DNA from: Octopus sinensis
Taxonomy: Eukaryota
Reading direction: 5' to 3'
DNA: 64,000 nt
NCBI RefSeq assembly: GCF_006345805.1
Contig: NC_043023.1
Span: forward strand, 8,308,001-8,372,000
Part shown: in pieces, positions 1 through 12,549 of the stretch
Layout: each line of letters begins with the position of its first letter
How positions within the stretch are numbered: position 1 is the first letter of the stretch
Program-made: the position numbers and the translations under genes
The notes under the pieces: model-generated
Told to the model about the DNA's origin: nothing
Database searches by the model: none
The model's input: only the letters and a program-made list of their open reading frames with translations

Positions 1-195
1 CTGCTGGTACTTGGACACCAGAGATGAATCTATGGTATTAACTTGGAACTCACCTGAAATGGTAAATATAGAATTCTGTGTCTGTACATTTTATTAGAGA
101 TATCTGAATCAGAAAACTCACAAGATAATTACAGTTGAGAAATATTATCTAGAAAAGAATTCAACAATGCTTTCCCTACCAAATTTATTGAAGAC

Positions 196-301
196 TGTCT
201 ATAGCCAGCTGGAGGAGGTTTCCTCCTGGGGCTACAAATTACAGTAGCATCCACCCTTAGGGGTTAGCCATATTTAATGGCAAATATACGTCACGATGTG
301 T
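196..301. mobile_element. Partial copy (right end) of the MITE family seen intact at 6052-6277
   Basis: tgtctatagccagctggaggagg...ctacagtagcatccacccttaggggttagccat...atacgtcac matches 549-648 and 6180-6277. Confidence 0.7.
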
Positions 302-483
302 TGCAGCTACTGTTTATAACTCGCTCTAAGATTTATTATTGCTTGTTTAACACTTTTTCGATATCAGTGTCTGTACGATACTGGAAAAAGGATATGTATT
401 TGTGAAGGGAACCTACTTTTCATCGACAACTGTGATTGTCACATGCCGATGACGAATCAATACTCAGAAACTCAAGTCCATGT

Positions 484-648
484 GTATCATAAGTTGAAGA
501 CGGGAATTATGGCTTCCTTTTGCAAATACTGATAGGGCACAGAAGGTGTGTCTATAGCCAGCTGGAGGAGGTGTCCTCCTGGGGCTACAAACTACAGTAG
601 CATCAACCCTTAGGGGTTAGCCATGTTTAAATGGCAAATATACGTCAC
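484..648. mobile_element. Partial MITE copy (internal part plus right TIR)
   Basis: gtatcataagttgaagacggg...atacgtcac aligns with 6116-6277. Confidence 0.7.
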
Positions 649-804
649 TATATATTTTGTTCTATCTTATGTAATCTGTTTTTAATTATTTTAATTCAAA
701 TTTAAATTTGAAGTTTCCATCTTAATTAGATGTAAGAACCCTTTGTAAAGTCATTTTACTAAATCACTCCAAATTCTTAATTACTTGCAAAATTATTTAA
801 CATA

Positions 805-1186
805 CTCTCTCTCTTTTACTTGTTTCAGTCATTTGACTGCGGCCATGCTGGAGCACCGCCTTTAGTCGCGCAAATCGACCCCGGGACTTATTCTTTGTAA
901 GCCCAGTACTTATTCTATCGGTCTCTTTTGCCGAACCGCTAAATGATGGGGATGTAAACACACCAGCATCGGTTGTCAAGCAATGCTAGGGGGACAAACA
1001 TACACATACATATATATACATATATACGACGGGTTTCTTTCAGTTTCCGTCTACCAAATCCACTCACAAGGCATTGGTCGGCCCGAGGCTATAGCAGAAG
1101 ACTCTTGCCCAAGATGCCACGCAATGGGACTGAACCCGGAACCATGTGGTTGGTAAGCAAGCTACTTACCACACAGCCACTCCTAC
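805..1186 (-). mobile_element. tRNA-derived SINE, family A (full length)
   Basis: Reverse complement of the head (ggagtggctgtgtggtaagtagcttgc...gggttcagtccc, with A/B-box-like motifs), core (gccttgtgagtggatttggtagacggaaactgaaag) and tail (gactgaaacaagtaaaagag) shared with at least five other copies in the window. Confidence 0.9.
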
Positions 1187-1972
1187 ATACAGAGGTATTT
1201 TTTAAAACTAGTAAATGTTACGAAATGGTTAAAATGTTTTTGTTTAAAATAGAAATGTGTGTGTGATCATGTATTAACTTTACTTACACATATATGTTGG
1301 GGACCGCTTTTCCTCTTAAATATAGATTTCTGTCTAAGATATTCAATATATCTCACTGTATCTACAGTAAATTTTTTAAATGTCAACATTTCAGAATATT
1401 ATCATGGTTAGATTTACATTTTATTACCTCATTAATCCTTTAATTAATAACTCATTAATTATCAAAAGTGTTCAGTAATATCTACAGAAATGGACTCGTC
1501 CATAAATCAATAACTAACATTTTCATATAAAAAACTATATTTGTAAACAATAAATGTTTACGTGTACATAATTAATTAATTTGATGTAATGGTTCCTTAA
1601 TCAATTTTAATGGTTGAGTATTCCACAGACATCTATATCCTGATGCGATATGTGACGAATCTGTCCCTTTCGAGTGCAATCCATCTAATATGCTTCTCCA
1701 CAATTTCACTTTAAATGTTTTGGGTTAATCCGAGGCTATGACAGACAACATTGGTCCAGTGACATTACTGGTGCACATCTTACTGATCCCAGAGTGACAA
1801 TAGATTCTGGTAGGATTTGAACTTGCAACATAAAGAGACAAAACTAAAAATCGTATTGTAATCATTCTGTATTTACTACAAGGATCAAAGAAAGGGGTAT
1901 TTTACGCGAAATGTAGTGTTTTACATGAACTGAATGAAGGGAAAGAATTCGAACCCATAATATTGAGGTAAT

Positions 1973-2278
1973 TTGTTTTTGTTTGTTCCTTCTCGAGCCA
2001 TGCCTGGCTCAGAAGGGCCGGTTTCCCGGTTTCTTGGCGTATAGGTTCCCCACCTGGACGGGACGCCGGTCCGTCACAGGTGAGCTGCAAGATGCAGGAG
2101 GAAAGAGTGAGTGAAAGTTGTGGTGAAAGAGTCAGCAGAAGTTCGCCATTACCTTCTGCCGGAGCCGCGTGGAGCTTAGGTGTTTCGCTCATAAACACAC
2201 ACATCGCCCGGTCTGAGATTCGAACCCGCGAACCCTCGACCGCGAGTCCGCTGCTCTAACACTGGCCATGTGCCTCCA
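1973..2278 (-). mobile_element. tRNA-derived SINE, family C, with 17-bp target-site duplication
   Basis: tRNA-like head (rc gtggaggcacatggccagtgttagagc...gggttcgaatctc) and A-rich tail; TSD cataatattgaggtaat at 1956-1972 and 2279-2295. Confidence 0.9.
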
Positions 2279-2369
2279 CATAATATTGAGGTAATGGGTG
2301 AGATGAAGTAAAAAATCTACTCAAATGACAACAATGCTGTAAAAGAAAGTCTCACAACAACCCATGGTG

Positions 2370-3488
2370 GGATTGTGCAGATGTAGAGGCGTGTTGCCGT
2401 CTTTATCTTCCACATTAACATCAGACTTAGAGAACAGTAGGTGCTTAGCCATGTTTGTGTGTCCATGACCACAGGCCAGATGCAGCGGGTGGTTACCATC
2501 TTTATTCACCACATTCACATCAAGTTCAAACAGTAATAGCTGTTTCAGTATGTCTGTGTGTCCATCAGGACAAGCGAGGTGTAGCGGTGTGTTATCATCA
2601 TTATTCAGTACATTTACATTAGGCTCAATAAAACCTCATTGAAAAGATGAATGAAAATGATTTGGATATTTTAGATTATTGCTGAATTACAGAAGAATAG
2701 GAAATGCAGAGATGTGGTAACATTGTTATCCACGGCGAGCTGGCAGAATCGTTAGCACGACGGGCGAAATGCGTAGCCGTATTTCGTCTGCCGTTACGTT
2801 CTGAGTTCAAATTCCCGCCAGGTCGACTTTGCCTTTCATCCTTTCGGGGTCGATAAATTAATAAGTACCACGCACTGGGGTCGATATAATCGACTTAATC
2901 CGTTTGTCTATCCTTGTTTGTCCCCTCTGTGTTTAACCCCTTGTGGGTAGTAAAGAAATAGGTATTTCGTATGCCGTTACGTTCTGAGTTCAAATTCCGC
3001 CAAGGTCGACTTTGCCTTTCATCCTTTCGGGGTCGATAAATTAAGTACCAGTTACGCACTGGGGTCGATGTAATCGACTTAATCCGTTTGTCTGTCCTTG
3101 TTTGTCCCTTCTGTGTTTAGCCCCTTGTGGGTAGTAAAGAAAGAAAAAAATATTGTTATTCACGACATTGACTCCAGCTTTAGACAACAAGAGAACTTTC
3201 ACACCGTCTGTGCCTTCCCAACTCATGCCGGATATATATATATATGTGTGACACCATCTTTATTCGCCACATTTACTTCAGTTTGTATAGTAGGAGCTGC
3301 TTCACCACATCTATGTCTCCGTTACTATTAGCCAGATATAGCGGTGTCTTACCATCTTTATTCACCGCATCTGTATCAGCGTTAGAGTGCAATAGCTGCT
3401 TCACCATGTCCGTGTGTCCCTGAGCACAGGCTAGATGTAAGGGCGTGTTACCATCTTTATCCCTCGCACTTACATCGGATTCAGACAT
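2370..3488 (-). pseudogene. Intronless ankyrin-repeat coding sequence, disrupted
   Basis: Consecutive ANK repeats on the minus strand: DKDGNTPLHLACAQGHTDMVKQLL, NKDGKTPLYLANSNGDIDVVKQLL, NNDDNTPLHLACPDGHTDILKQLL, NKDGNHPLHLACGHGHTNMAKHLL, DKDGNTPLHL. Broken by a frameshift near 3280, a (TA)n tract at about 3230-3245, stops and a SINE insertion at 2734-3151. Confidence 0.85.
2734..3151 (+). mobile_element. tRNA-derived SINE, family B (one copy plus an internally duplicated second part), inserted in the ankyrin ORF
   Basis: Head ggcgagctggcagaatcgttagc...gagttcaaattcc; the segment gccgttacgttctgagttc...gtagtaaagaaa occurs twice; flanked by attgttatccac (2722-2733) and attgttattcac (3152-3163). 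Confidence 0.9.
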
Positions 3489-3636
3489 TCGAAGCCTTCA
3501 ATCTTCAGTCAAGAACCGGATCATCGTAGCAATTTCGGCTGATTAATCTTGAGATCGCTCCGATCCGGCCAGCCCCAAGGAAAAACTAAGCTACGAGCAT
3601 TAGATTTCTTGGAAGAAATGTATACGAAACAGGGAC

Positions 3637-3672
<36 letters not shown>

Positions 3673-3684
3673 TATATAGATATA

Positions 3685-3724
<40 letters not shown>

Positions 3725-4133
3725 CGGGAAGCTTTATGAAAATAGACAAAAGACGAAGGCAGGTGGAAAACAAACGAACAATTGTATTAGTATGGCGCTC
3801 AGGAAATAAAATAAAACAAGTCCTTAACGTTTCGAGCCTACGCTCTTCAACAGAAAGATACACAGAGAGAAAAAAAACACAGAAAGAAGGAGAGAAAAAA
3901 ATGCGTGCAGTAGCTAACGAATCAACATGGCGATCTGATTTCGGCCAGAGGTCAAAGATCAAACATGAGACGCGAGAGCGAAATAAGGGGAGATAATAGG
4001 GTTGATAATAGGGTTGAAGGACCAGCTAATAGTGCGTAGGAGGGGTCTGGACGTGTGTATGTATAGGGTTGGTGTATGTATTAGTATGTATAAGGGTGTG
4101 TGTGTGTGTGTGTGTGTGTGTATGAGAGAGTAT

Positions 4134-4185
<52 letters not shown>

Positions 4186-4391
4186 TTTAAATAACGAGGG
4201 AGATAAATTGAATATTAATTTAATTAACATCAATTTAAAACCAGTAGCCTAGTATACAAAAATCTGAAAATCAGAGAAAATTCTAATACATGAAGAGAAC
4301 ATTCTTTTCTTTGTAGTTTGATCGTAGGTGATCTACTTCTAGCATACGGCCGACCACCTAGTGGTCTTGCCCTTTGAATATACATATATAA

Positions 4392-4400
<9 letters not shown>
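3489..4400 (-). mobile_element. Penelope-like element pseudo-LTR remnant interrupted by (TA)n/(TG)n
   Basis: Contains the hammerhead-like motif at 3821-3858, which is of the same type as the one in the repeats at about 39100-39300, 46340-46540 and 62890-63130. The PLE assignment is inferred from this motif. Confidence 0.5.
3821..3858 (-). ncRNA. Minimal type I hammerhead ribozyme variant
   Basis: rc: UCUUU CUGUUGA A GAGC-GUAG-GCUC GAAA CG UU AAGGA. Stem I UCUUU/AAGGA, stem II GAGC/GCUC, palindromic AACGUU in place of stem III; the core deviates from consensus (A6U plus an extra A). Confidence 0.55.
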
Positions 4401-4432
<32 letters not shown>

Positions 4433-4494
4433 ATATATAATATATATATATATATGCACATATATATATTCTTTTCTTTTTTATTTATTTCTGT

Positions 4495-4680
4495 CATTTG
4501 ACTGCGGCCATAATGGAGCGTAGCCTTTAGTCGAACAAATCGATCCCAGGACTTATTCTTTGTAAACATAGTACTTATTCAATCAGTCTCTTTTGCCGAA
4601 TCCCTAGGTTACGAGAAGAGAACTACATCAAGATCGGTTGTCAAGCGATGCTGGGGAGTACAAACAGAGACACAAAGACA
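4495..4680 (-). mobile_element. SINE family A, 3' part
   Basis: gtcatttgactgcggcc...ggttgtcaagcgatgctggg matches the other copies. Confidence 0.75.
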
Positions 4681-4776
4681 AACACAAATATATACATACA
4701 TATAAACACATACACACACATATACACACTTATACACACACTTATATAATATATATATATATATATGTTATATATA

Positions 4777-4854
<78 letters not shown>

Positions 4855-4984
4855 TAATATTATATATATTATATATATATGTTATATATACATATACATA
4901 TAAGCACACACACACAGTGTGATATTTTCATACGTTTCTGTCAGTGTCGGCCTGGACATGTCTAAATTTATAGCACAACCTGGT

Positions 4985-5535
4985 GAAGTCTTTCAAATCA
5001 GGATTAGCACAACATAGCCCACTCCAGTTCAGAGTTATTTTCTACGGAGACTTATCCAGTTTATCCGGGGTTTCTTGAAGGAATTTGTCCAAAGACTTCT
5101 CGAACTTTACTATTTCTGCTTTAATCTGTTTTGGTATGTTGTTAAGGAGACGGGGTCAACTGAGGTGAAATAATTGCGCCGTATTTTTGTTTTAAGATGC
5201 GAGTGTGATTTATGTTGTGGGCGAATAGCACGGAGCCCAAGCCTTGGGCTTAAAGGTGAGAATATAAAAAAATTTATCAACCATCTTACAAACAATAACT
5301 CTGAGCATAACGCTGAGAGTTGCTGAAGCATGGAACAAATTGCCAGCATCAGTTGTTAGTTGTCGGAGCACTGCATCCTTCAAAACTTCCATGCTTCCTG
5401 AGATTCGCCAACACTACACCTGATTTTCTCCTCTCCATACACACACAAGCATGTATCTGACTCATACACTGTTTGCTTTCCAGACATTTGTACATTACTG
5501 CATATGCTTTATACGCACTTTTGACAAGTTGTGGT
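4985..5535 (-). mobile_element. CR1-type LINE 3' fragments (two families juxtaposed)
   Basis: rc translates to PRLLNNIPKQIKAEIVKFEKSLDKFLQEIPDK-like peptide (same family as 49450-49800); 5280-5535 is similar to the CR1 3' end at 13050-13420. Confidence 0.65.
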
Positions 5536-5675
5536 ACACCTGAGCACTGTATACAATAATTTCATTATTATTATTTGTTTTATTATTTTATTTTTATTAT
5601 TATATATCTTGGTGTATCTTATAGGAGATAAATCAATATATATATATATATATATATCTATAATATATATATATA

Positions 5676-5767
<92 letters not shown>

Positions 5768-6051
5768 AGGTTTCTGTAAACAATACATATTAAAAACCTG
5801 TTTGAATTGTGACAACCATTTTTTAGATTTTTTATGTGGCTGCTTTATTTCATAAGTAGTTGGCCACACCAAGTATGACACATCACCTGCAGGTGTGTAT
5901 GTATGTAATTATATGTATGTATTATGTATGTGTGTATGTATGTACGTATGTATATGCATATATATAATATATATATATATATCTATATATATATATATAT
6001 ATATTAATGATAAATATCAAAGTGAGTTATATACAGTAGCGGTAACACATC

Positions 6052-6277
6052 GTGACGTATTTTTGCCATTTCAATATGGCTAACCCCTAAGGTGGATGCT
6101 ACTGTAGTCCGTTTGTATCATAAGTTGAAGACGGGAAGATGACTTCTCTTTGCAAATACTGACAGGACACAGAAAGTGTGTCTATGGCCAGCTGGAGGAG
6201 TGTGTCTCCTGGGGCTTCAAAACTACAGTAGCATCCACCCTTAGGGGTTAGCCATACTGAAGGCAAAAATACGTCAC
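6052..6277. mobile_element. Non-autonomous DNA transposon (MITE), about 226 bp with about 55-bp TIRs
   Basis: gtgacgtatttttgccatttcaatatggctaacccctaaggtggatgctactgtagt at the left end; its reverse complement (actacagtagcatccacccttaggggttagccat...ggcaaaaatacgtcac) at the right end. Confidence 0.8.
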
Positions 6278-6328
6278 TAATATATATATATAATATACGC
6301 GAGAAAGAAGCAACAAGAATGGATAGGT

Positions 6329-6418
6329 TTTTAGTACGATCGTTTCATACAAGGACAGGTTTTATTAAAAGTTGCAAAGATTACAGCATATAACGAGTCC
6401 CGTACTCATCAGCTAAAA
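6329..6418 (-). ncRNA. Type I hammerhead ribozyme in the 3' pLTR
   Basis: rc: UUUUAG CUGAUGA GUACGGGAC...GUCCUUGUAU GAAA CGAUCG UA CUAAAA; intact core. Confidence 0.8.
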
Positions 6419-7827
6419 TACATGTAAGTTCTCTAGACATCCTAGTGTTTGAGGCTATACTCATGAAGTAATGTAGATAATTAAACAGATTTCTAAAGTT
6501 CATTAAAGTTCCTTAAAGATGATGTAAGTCTTATCACAGAATTTTAAAAAAGTTTTGATAGCATCACAGAGAAGGTGACCTAATCCATATGAATTTCCAT
6601 AGATATGATGAGGGATTATATACTCACAGAAGACAAATTATCCATTGTTATTAGCATTACAGAGAGGGTGAATTAATCCTTTGTATATATGCACAGATTC
6701 CAATGTGTAGATGTAAATTTCCAGAGAAATGGAGATGAATTTCATATTCACAGGCGATAAATTTTACAATGGTTGAACACAATGAGGTAGGTACCAATCC
6801 TTGTTATATGATTAGGTGTTTGCCATATTAATCACATTACTGCTATTCACAAGAGGCTGTAGCTATTTAACTCTTAAAGGTTGAAGGGCTTACTAGATCG
6901 GCCAAGAATAGAGAAGGGAATAGAAGAAAAGAGAGAAAAAAAGAAAATAATGGAGGAGGGAGCAAAAAGGGGGGGAAAGGGGGACTAAAAGAGAAGAGAA
7001 AAGGAAACAGAGAATAAGAAGAAGAAAAAGAAGAAAGAGAAAAGAGAAAGAAATAGGGAAAGAAGGGAAAAAAGAAAAAAAAAAAAGAGGGTTCTAGTTA
7101 TACAGAAGAGCTAGTAGACTGTAAGTCTGGTTTTAATCAACAGGCATCTAAGAACTGGAGGGGAATATTATTCTTTGACCAGTACCGTTAATTTATTGCT
7201 GTTGAAATCAGCTATGAGTTTAAAGAGAATCTAAAGAGATAACACAGTCAGGGGTTAAGGGGTCAGATGCTAAAATCACCAGAAAATACATTAGGAAAAT
7301 CTAAGTATAATCTTCTCAAAAAGTCATTAAATTTACTTATTTAATTTATTCATTTTATTGTCTTAAGGAGTTGTCGTTATTATTCATACATTGACCGACT
7401 ACAGGTCAAATCTTATAAGATCATTTACAAGTTGTTAGGGGATTGTCTATCCATAATGAAGATAATCATATTATCACCGAGGGAATAGCCTTATTTATTT
7501 AATTATGAAATAGAATTATGGGGCTACAGTAACTAATTATAATTTATTAGAGTTATGCTATTTAAATTAGATTAAGTTAGGAATTAAAATTAAATATTAC
7601 AATTAAGATTTAAAATTAAGAATTTAAAAATTGCGAGTTTGAAATTAAATAAAGCCTCAATTAAGTAGCGAATAAGTACTATTCATTTCCCTGTTCTCAA
7701 AAACTGATGTAGATATAAGGAAAAAGATAAAGATAACTGTAATGTGAGAACTCTTAGTTATCTACTTAAAGCAGTGCTATACTAGTAGAAATCAAGTTAT
7801 ATCTATCTATCTAGTTATGATTTCCAA

Positions 7828-10661
7828 TCATTTAAAATATTTTAAAGTCTTCAATTTAGCGTGGACACAAACTTGACCTAGTTCGATATGGTTATTCAAT
7901 AAGTTTCTATGTTTACTATGCTTTAGAATTTCGTACGTCTCCATGGAGCATAGTTGACAACCAACCCTACTATTTTATACGGAATTGCTCTCCTAACTAT
8001 TTCCCAATTAAGGGTATAATTTTTGTTATTATTTTTGAGTTCCCAGATTTTGTTTGAAAGTGTGTGGTACCAGCTTTATGACGTAATTTAAAAGTCGAGA
8101 TGTGATTTCTAACTCTGGCTAAAAAATTAATTGTACAGCCAATGTAAAAATATTTGTGTTTTCTCCGTGGATATGGTACATTTATAGATTACATTATTTT
8201 CCCTACATAGACCAGGTGCCGGGCATTTTGATTTTATTCTACACTTACACACAGGAGGAACAACTTCAGGCCTTGGATTATTCCTGGGTAGATGTTTAGG
8301 TTCCTATTATTTTGATTATCATTTCTATAGTGTGGTACTGATATCTAAAGTATTGTTATTATTTATTGATCCTTCCGTTTCATCATTTAGGTGTAAAGTC
8401 CTACCAAGATTTCTTATATTATTCGTAATGTTATTATTATTGTTAGTCTTTTTATCCAACTGTATATTATTGTTATAGATATCACTGATATTTTCATTCT
8501 CCTTATTTTCTCCATTAGCCTTATTTCTATTATTTCTATTATTAACAATATTACTTCTATTAATATCGGCATTGTTATTATTACTATTAATGTTAATGTT
8601 ATTAGTCATTCTGTGGTTACTAATTTCACCTATGTTTTGATAGTTCCTATTGCTGTTTTTATTGTTGGTAGTATTATTGTTATTGCTATTGGTATTCATT
8701 CTGATATTATTATTTTTATTTCTATCTTTCCTGGCTAGTTTAATGTTGTTATTATTAATTTTAGCTATTAAAGTGGACATATTGGGAGGGTTGAATAAGA
8801 AATCCTAACTGTTTTCCTAGAAATAATTCTATGATATCTATGAGAGATAGGGAAATTTTTTTCCAGAATTACTTTGAATTTGTTCTGTATATCCGATTGT
8901 ATCGCACAGTTGAAAGGAATATTCAGCCATAATATATCTTTTTTATAAAATTTAGGGTTCGTAGAATTACTACTATTCATCTCACCGGAGTTATTGTATT
9001 TATTACCATTATTTTTATTTTTATTTGTGTGCATCTTAGGTTTATCTACTTCAATCTTATCCGAGTTACCTATGTTCTGGTCAATGCTTCTATTTGAATT
9101 GTTGGGCCTGTACTCTAGATTAGCGTTTACCGTTAATTTAATTCTACTTTTATTTCGGGTTTGGTCTTTTTTGCTGCTTACTTGATTACTGATAACTTCA
9201 TTATTAGGAATACGTGAGTTCTCCTATCAACGAATGTAATCTTTTGGTTGTATCCAGCCTTAGTTAACGCCGCATTATAATGCTCAGAATGGGAGTTAAA
9301 TATATCCTTATTGGATGATAATTTGAAATTCTTAATGAAATATTTCTTACTAAAGATTCTATTATATTTGGGGGATGATTTGATAATTTATTTACGTAAT
9401 TCGTGACTTCGCCTTCCTTTCTAAATGGGTAATGTAGCTTGGAGTTAAGGTCTAGGTAATATCTAGGAAATTAGCTATTTTAGTGCCCGGTTCATACGTT
9501 ATACTGAGGTTGAAATCCTTAAGAACTTATTAATTTTCTTTCTAATCCTTTCTATAACAGATTTATTATTACTAGGGATAACAAACAGAGCATCATCTCT
9601 ATATAGACCCCCCTGTATTTCTGGGATATCCTTGCTTATGCATTTTAATAGATATGCGCCTACTAGGTTGGTTACCTCAGCCGAATCACTGGAACCCATT
9701 GGTATATCAAAAAAATTTGGTGTATCTGCTCTAGTCCATAATTTATCTTCAAATTCAATAAATGTCTTCCTAGCTAGTAGCACAATATTGATTTCTTCTC
9801 TAGTTATGAGGGAGCGATTCATGGCAAATATTAGTGATTTGTTGAGTAAGATAGGGGAAATGCTAGAGTAATAACTATTAATATCGAACTGAATAAAAGA
9901 CAGACTACTAGTATTAGTTAGAGAGTTAAACCATTTTAGAACTTCGTCGGTACTTAGCCATAGGTTTAAGGGGAGAAGAGGGGTTATTTGGGGTAGAACA
10001 GTATCCAGGATAGATTTACTAAGTCGGCCAATGTCCGACTTAGTTGGACAGATCAGCCTTACTGAAGGGTTATCCAAGAAGTCCTTTTTGTGGTCTTTAA
10101 GGTTGATCCTGGGCTCACAGGTTTAAGTGGCTCCGTTCTATCTGTTAAATTTATTTCTCCATGATCTCTTTCATTTCCATGTTTACTTTTTTCAATTGTT
10201 CTTAGTTGTAATTTTTATTTTGGAGTTTAGTTCTTTCCTAATTAATTTGCTATAAATATCGTAATCAACTCTATACATATTACCCGTTTTATCTGCTGGT
10301 ACTAGGATTCCATGTTTGCACCGGGTTGACTGAATAAAGTTCCTAAGGTGTCTAAGGTGAGGGTTATATCTTAACGGGTGTTCATTGAAGCTAATATCAT
10401 CTATAAGATTCAGCAAGTCTTTCTCAAAGTTCTCCAGGAATGGTTCTGAGGTGGGCTTTTTCTACTTTTAAAAATTCTTCTAAAATTCTTTTCGGTATTC
10501 ATTTCCTGAGGTTTCTTCTTCTGTTTGACATCAAAATGGTACGTTTTCCACCTGATTCTTCTAATGAAATCGTTAATCCTATGAATGAGAAGCCAATTAT
10601 ATTCATCTATACTATGTAAGGGGATGTCTTTAGGGGAGAACTTAATGTTTACTTTTTCCAT
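7828..10661 (-). pseudogene. Penelope-like RT + GIY-YIG endonuclease ORF, frameshifted in this sequence
   Basis: N-terminus KDIPLHSIDEYNWLLIHRINDFIRRIRWKTYHF; PADKTGNMY; NLKDHKKDFLDNPSVRLICPTKSDIG; RT motifs FIQFDINSYYSSI, IPMGSSDSAEV, LYRDD; thumb ILWLNIPF...EKNFPISH; CKCRIKSKCPAPGLC; VIYKC...FYIG; CQLC...LLNNHIEL...CVH; stop at 7828-7830. Several 1-bp frameshifts. Confidence 0.9.
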
Positions 10662-10862
10662 TCTTGTTGAGAAATTAAGTACCAGAAAACACATACAGAC
10701 TGTATGGGAATATATTCAAAGAGCAATAAAGATTCAAGTAATTTAAAAAATTTACTTGAATATGGTACCTAACTTAGATGCACCAAAAAAACAATACTGA
10801 TTTAACAATACAGTAATGTGGGGTGATTATAAGCGAGAAAGAAGCAACAAGAATGGATAGGT

Positions 10863-10953
10863 TTTTAGTACGATCGTTTCATACAAGGACAGGTTTTATT
10901 AAAAGTTGCAAAGATTACAGCATATAAACGAGTCCCGTACTCATCAGCTAAAA
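10863..10953 (-). ncRNA. Type I hammerhead ribozyme in the 5' direct pLTR
   Basis: Same motif as 6329-6418 and 12550-12640. Confidence 0.8.
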
Positions 10954-12549
10954 TACATGTAAGTTCTCTAGACATCCTAGTGTTTGAGGCTATACTCATG
11001 AAGTAATGTAGATAATTAAACAGATTTCTAAAGTTCATTAAAGTTCCTTAAAGATGATGTATAGTCTTATCACAGAATTTTAAAAAAGTTTTGATAGCAT
11101 CACAGAGAAGGTGACCTAATCCATATGAATTTCCATAGATATGATGAGGGATTATATACTCACAGAAGACAAATTTATCCATTGTTATTAGCATTACAGA
11201 GAGGGTGAATTAATCCTTTGTATATATGCACAGATTCCAATGTGTGTAGAGTAAATTTCCAGAAGAAATGGAGATGAATTTCATATTCACAGGCGATAAT
11301 TGAGGCTTTATTTAATTTCAAACTCGCAATTTTTAAATTCTTAATTTTAAATCTTAATTGTAATATTTAATTTTAATTCCTAACTTAATCTAATTTAAAT
11401 AGCATAACTCTAATAAATTATAATTAGTTACTGTAGCCCCATAATTCTATTTCATAATTAAATAAATAAGGCTATTCCCTCGGTGATAATATGATTATCT
11501 TCATTTGGATAGACAATCCCCTAACAACTTGTAAATGATCTTATAAGATTTGACCTGTAGTCGGTCAATGTATGAATAATAATGACAACTCCTTAAGACA
11601 ATAAAATGAATAAATTAAATAAGTAAATTTTTAATGACTTTTTGAGAAGATTATACTTAGATTTTCCTAATGTATTTTCTGGTGATTTTAGCATCTGACC
11701 CCTTATCCCCTGACTGTGTTATCTCTTTAGATTCTCTTTAAACTCATAGCTGATTTCAACAGCAATAAATTAACGGTTTACTGGTCAAAGAATAATATTC
11801 CCCTCCAGTTCTTAGATGCCTGTTGATTAAAACCAGACTTACAGTCTACTAGCTCTTCTGTATAACTAGAACCCTCTTTTTTCTTTTTCTTTTTTCCCTT
11901 CTTTCCCTATTTCTTTCTCTTTTCTCTTTCTTCTTTTTCTTCTTCTTATTCTCTGTTTCCTTTTCTCTTCTCTTTTAGTCCCCCTTTCCCCCCCTTTTTT
12001 GCTCCCTCCTCCATTATTTTCTCTTTTTTCTCTCTTTTCTTCTATTCCCTTCTCTATTCTTGGCCGATCTAGTAAGCCCTTCAACCTTTAAGAGTTAAAT
12101 AGCTACAGCCTCTTGTGAATAGCAGTAATGTGATTAATATGGCAAACACCTAATCATATAACAAGGATTGGTACCTACCTCATTGTGTTCAACCATTGTA
12201 AAATTTATCGCCTGTGAATATGAAATTCATCTCCATTTCTCTGGAAATTTACATCTACACCATTGGAATCTGTGCATATATACAAAGGATTAATTCACCC
12301 TCTCTGTAATGCTAATAACAATGGATAAATTTGTCTTCTGTGAGTATATAATCCCTCATCATATCTATGGAAATTCATATGGATTAGGTCACCTTCTCTG
12401 TGATGCTATCAAAACTTTTTTAAAATTCTGTGATAAGACTATACATCATCTTTAAGGAACTTTAATGAACTTTAGAAATCTGTTTAATTATCTACATTAC
12501 TTCATGAGTATAGCCTCAAACACTAGGATGTCTAGAGAACTTACATGTA

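Noticed and set aside
5800-5895. Additional ankyrin exon upstream of the relic
   Set aside because: Only a vague HT..QLLMK resemblance with a stop; not supportable.
8325-8780. Asn-rich ORF as a host gene
   Set aside because: It lies in register between the thumb and GIY-YIG regions of the Penelope ORF.
7828-10661. Selenocysteine (UGA) recoding, reported for some Naiad elements
   Set aside because: The breaks I could trace are frameshifts rather than isolated in-frame TGA at conserved Cys positions, and no SECIS was identified by eye.
11866-12084. Lys/Glu/Arg-rich 72-aa ORF
   Set aside because: It is the purine-rich tract of the pLTR; the copy at about 6890-7100 differs by an indel, and there is no domain signature.
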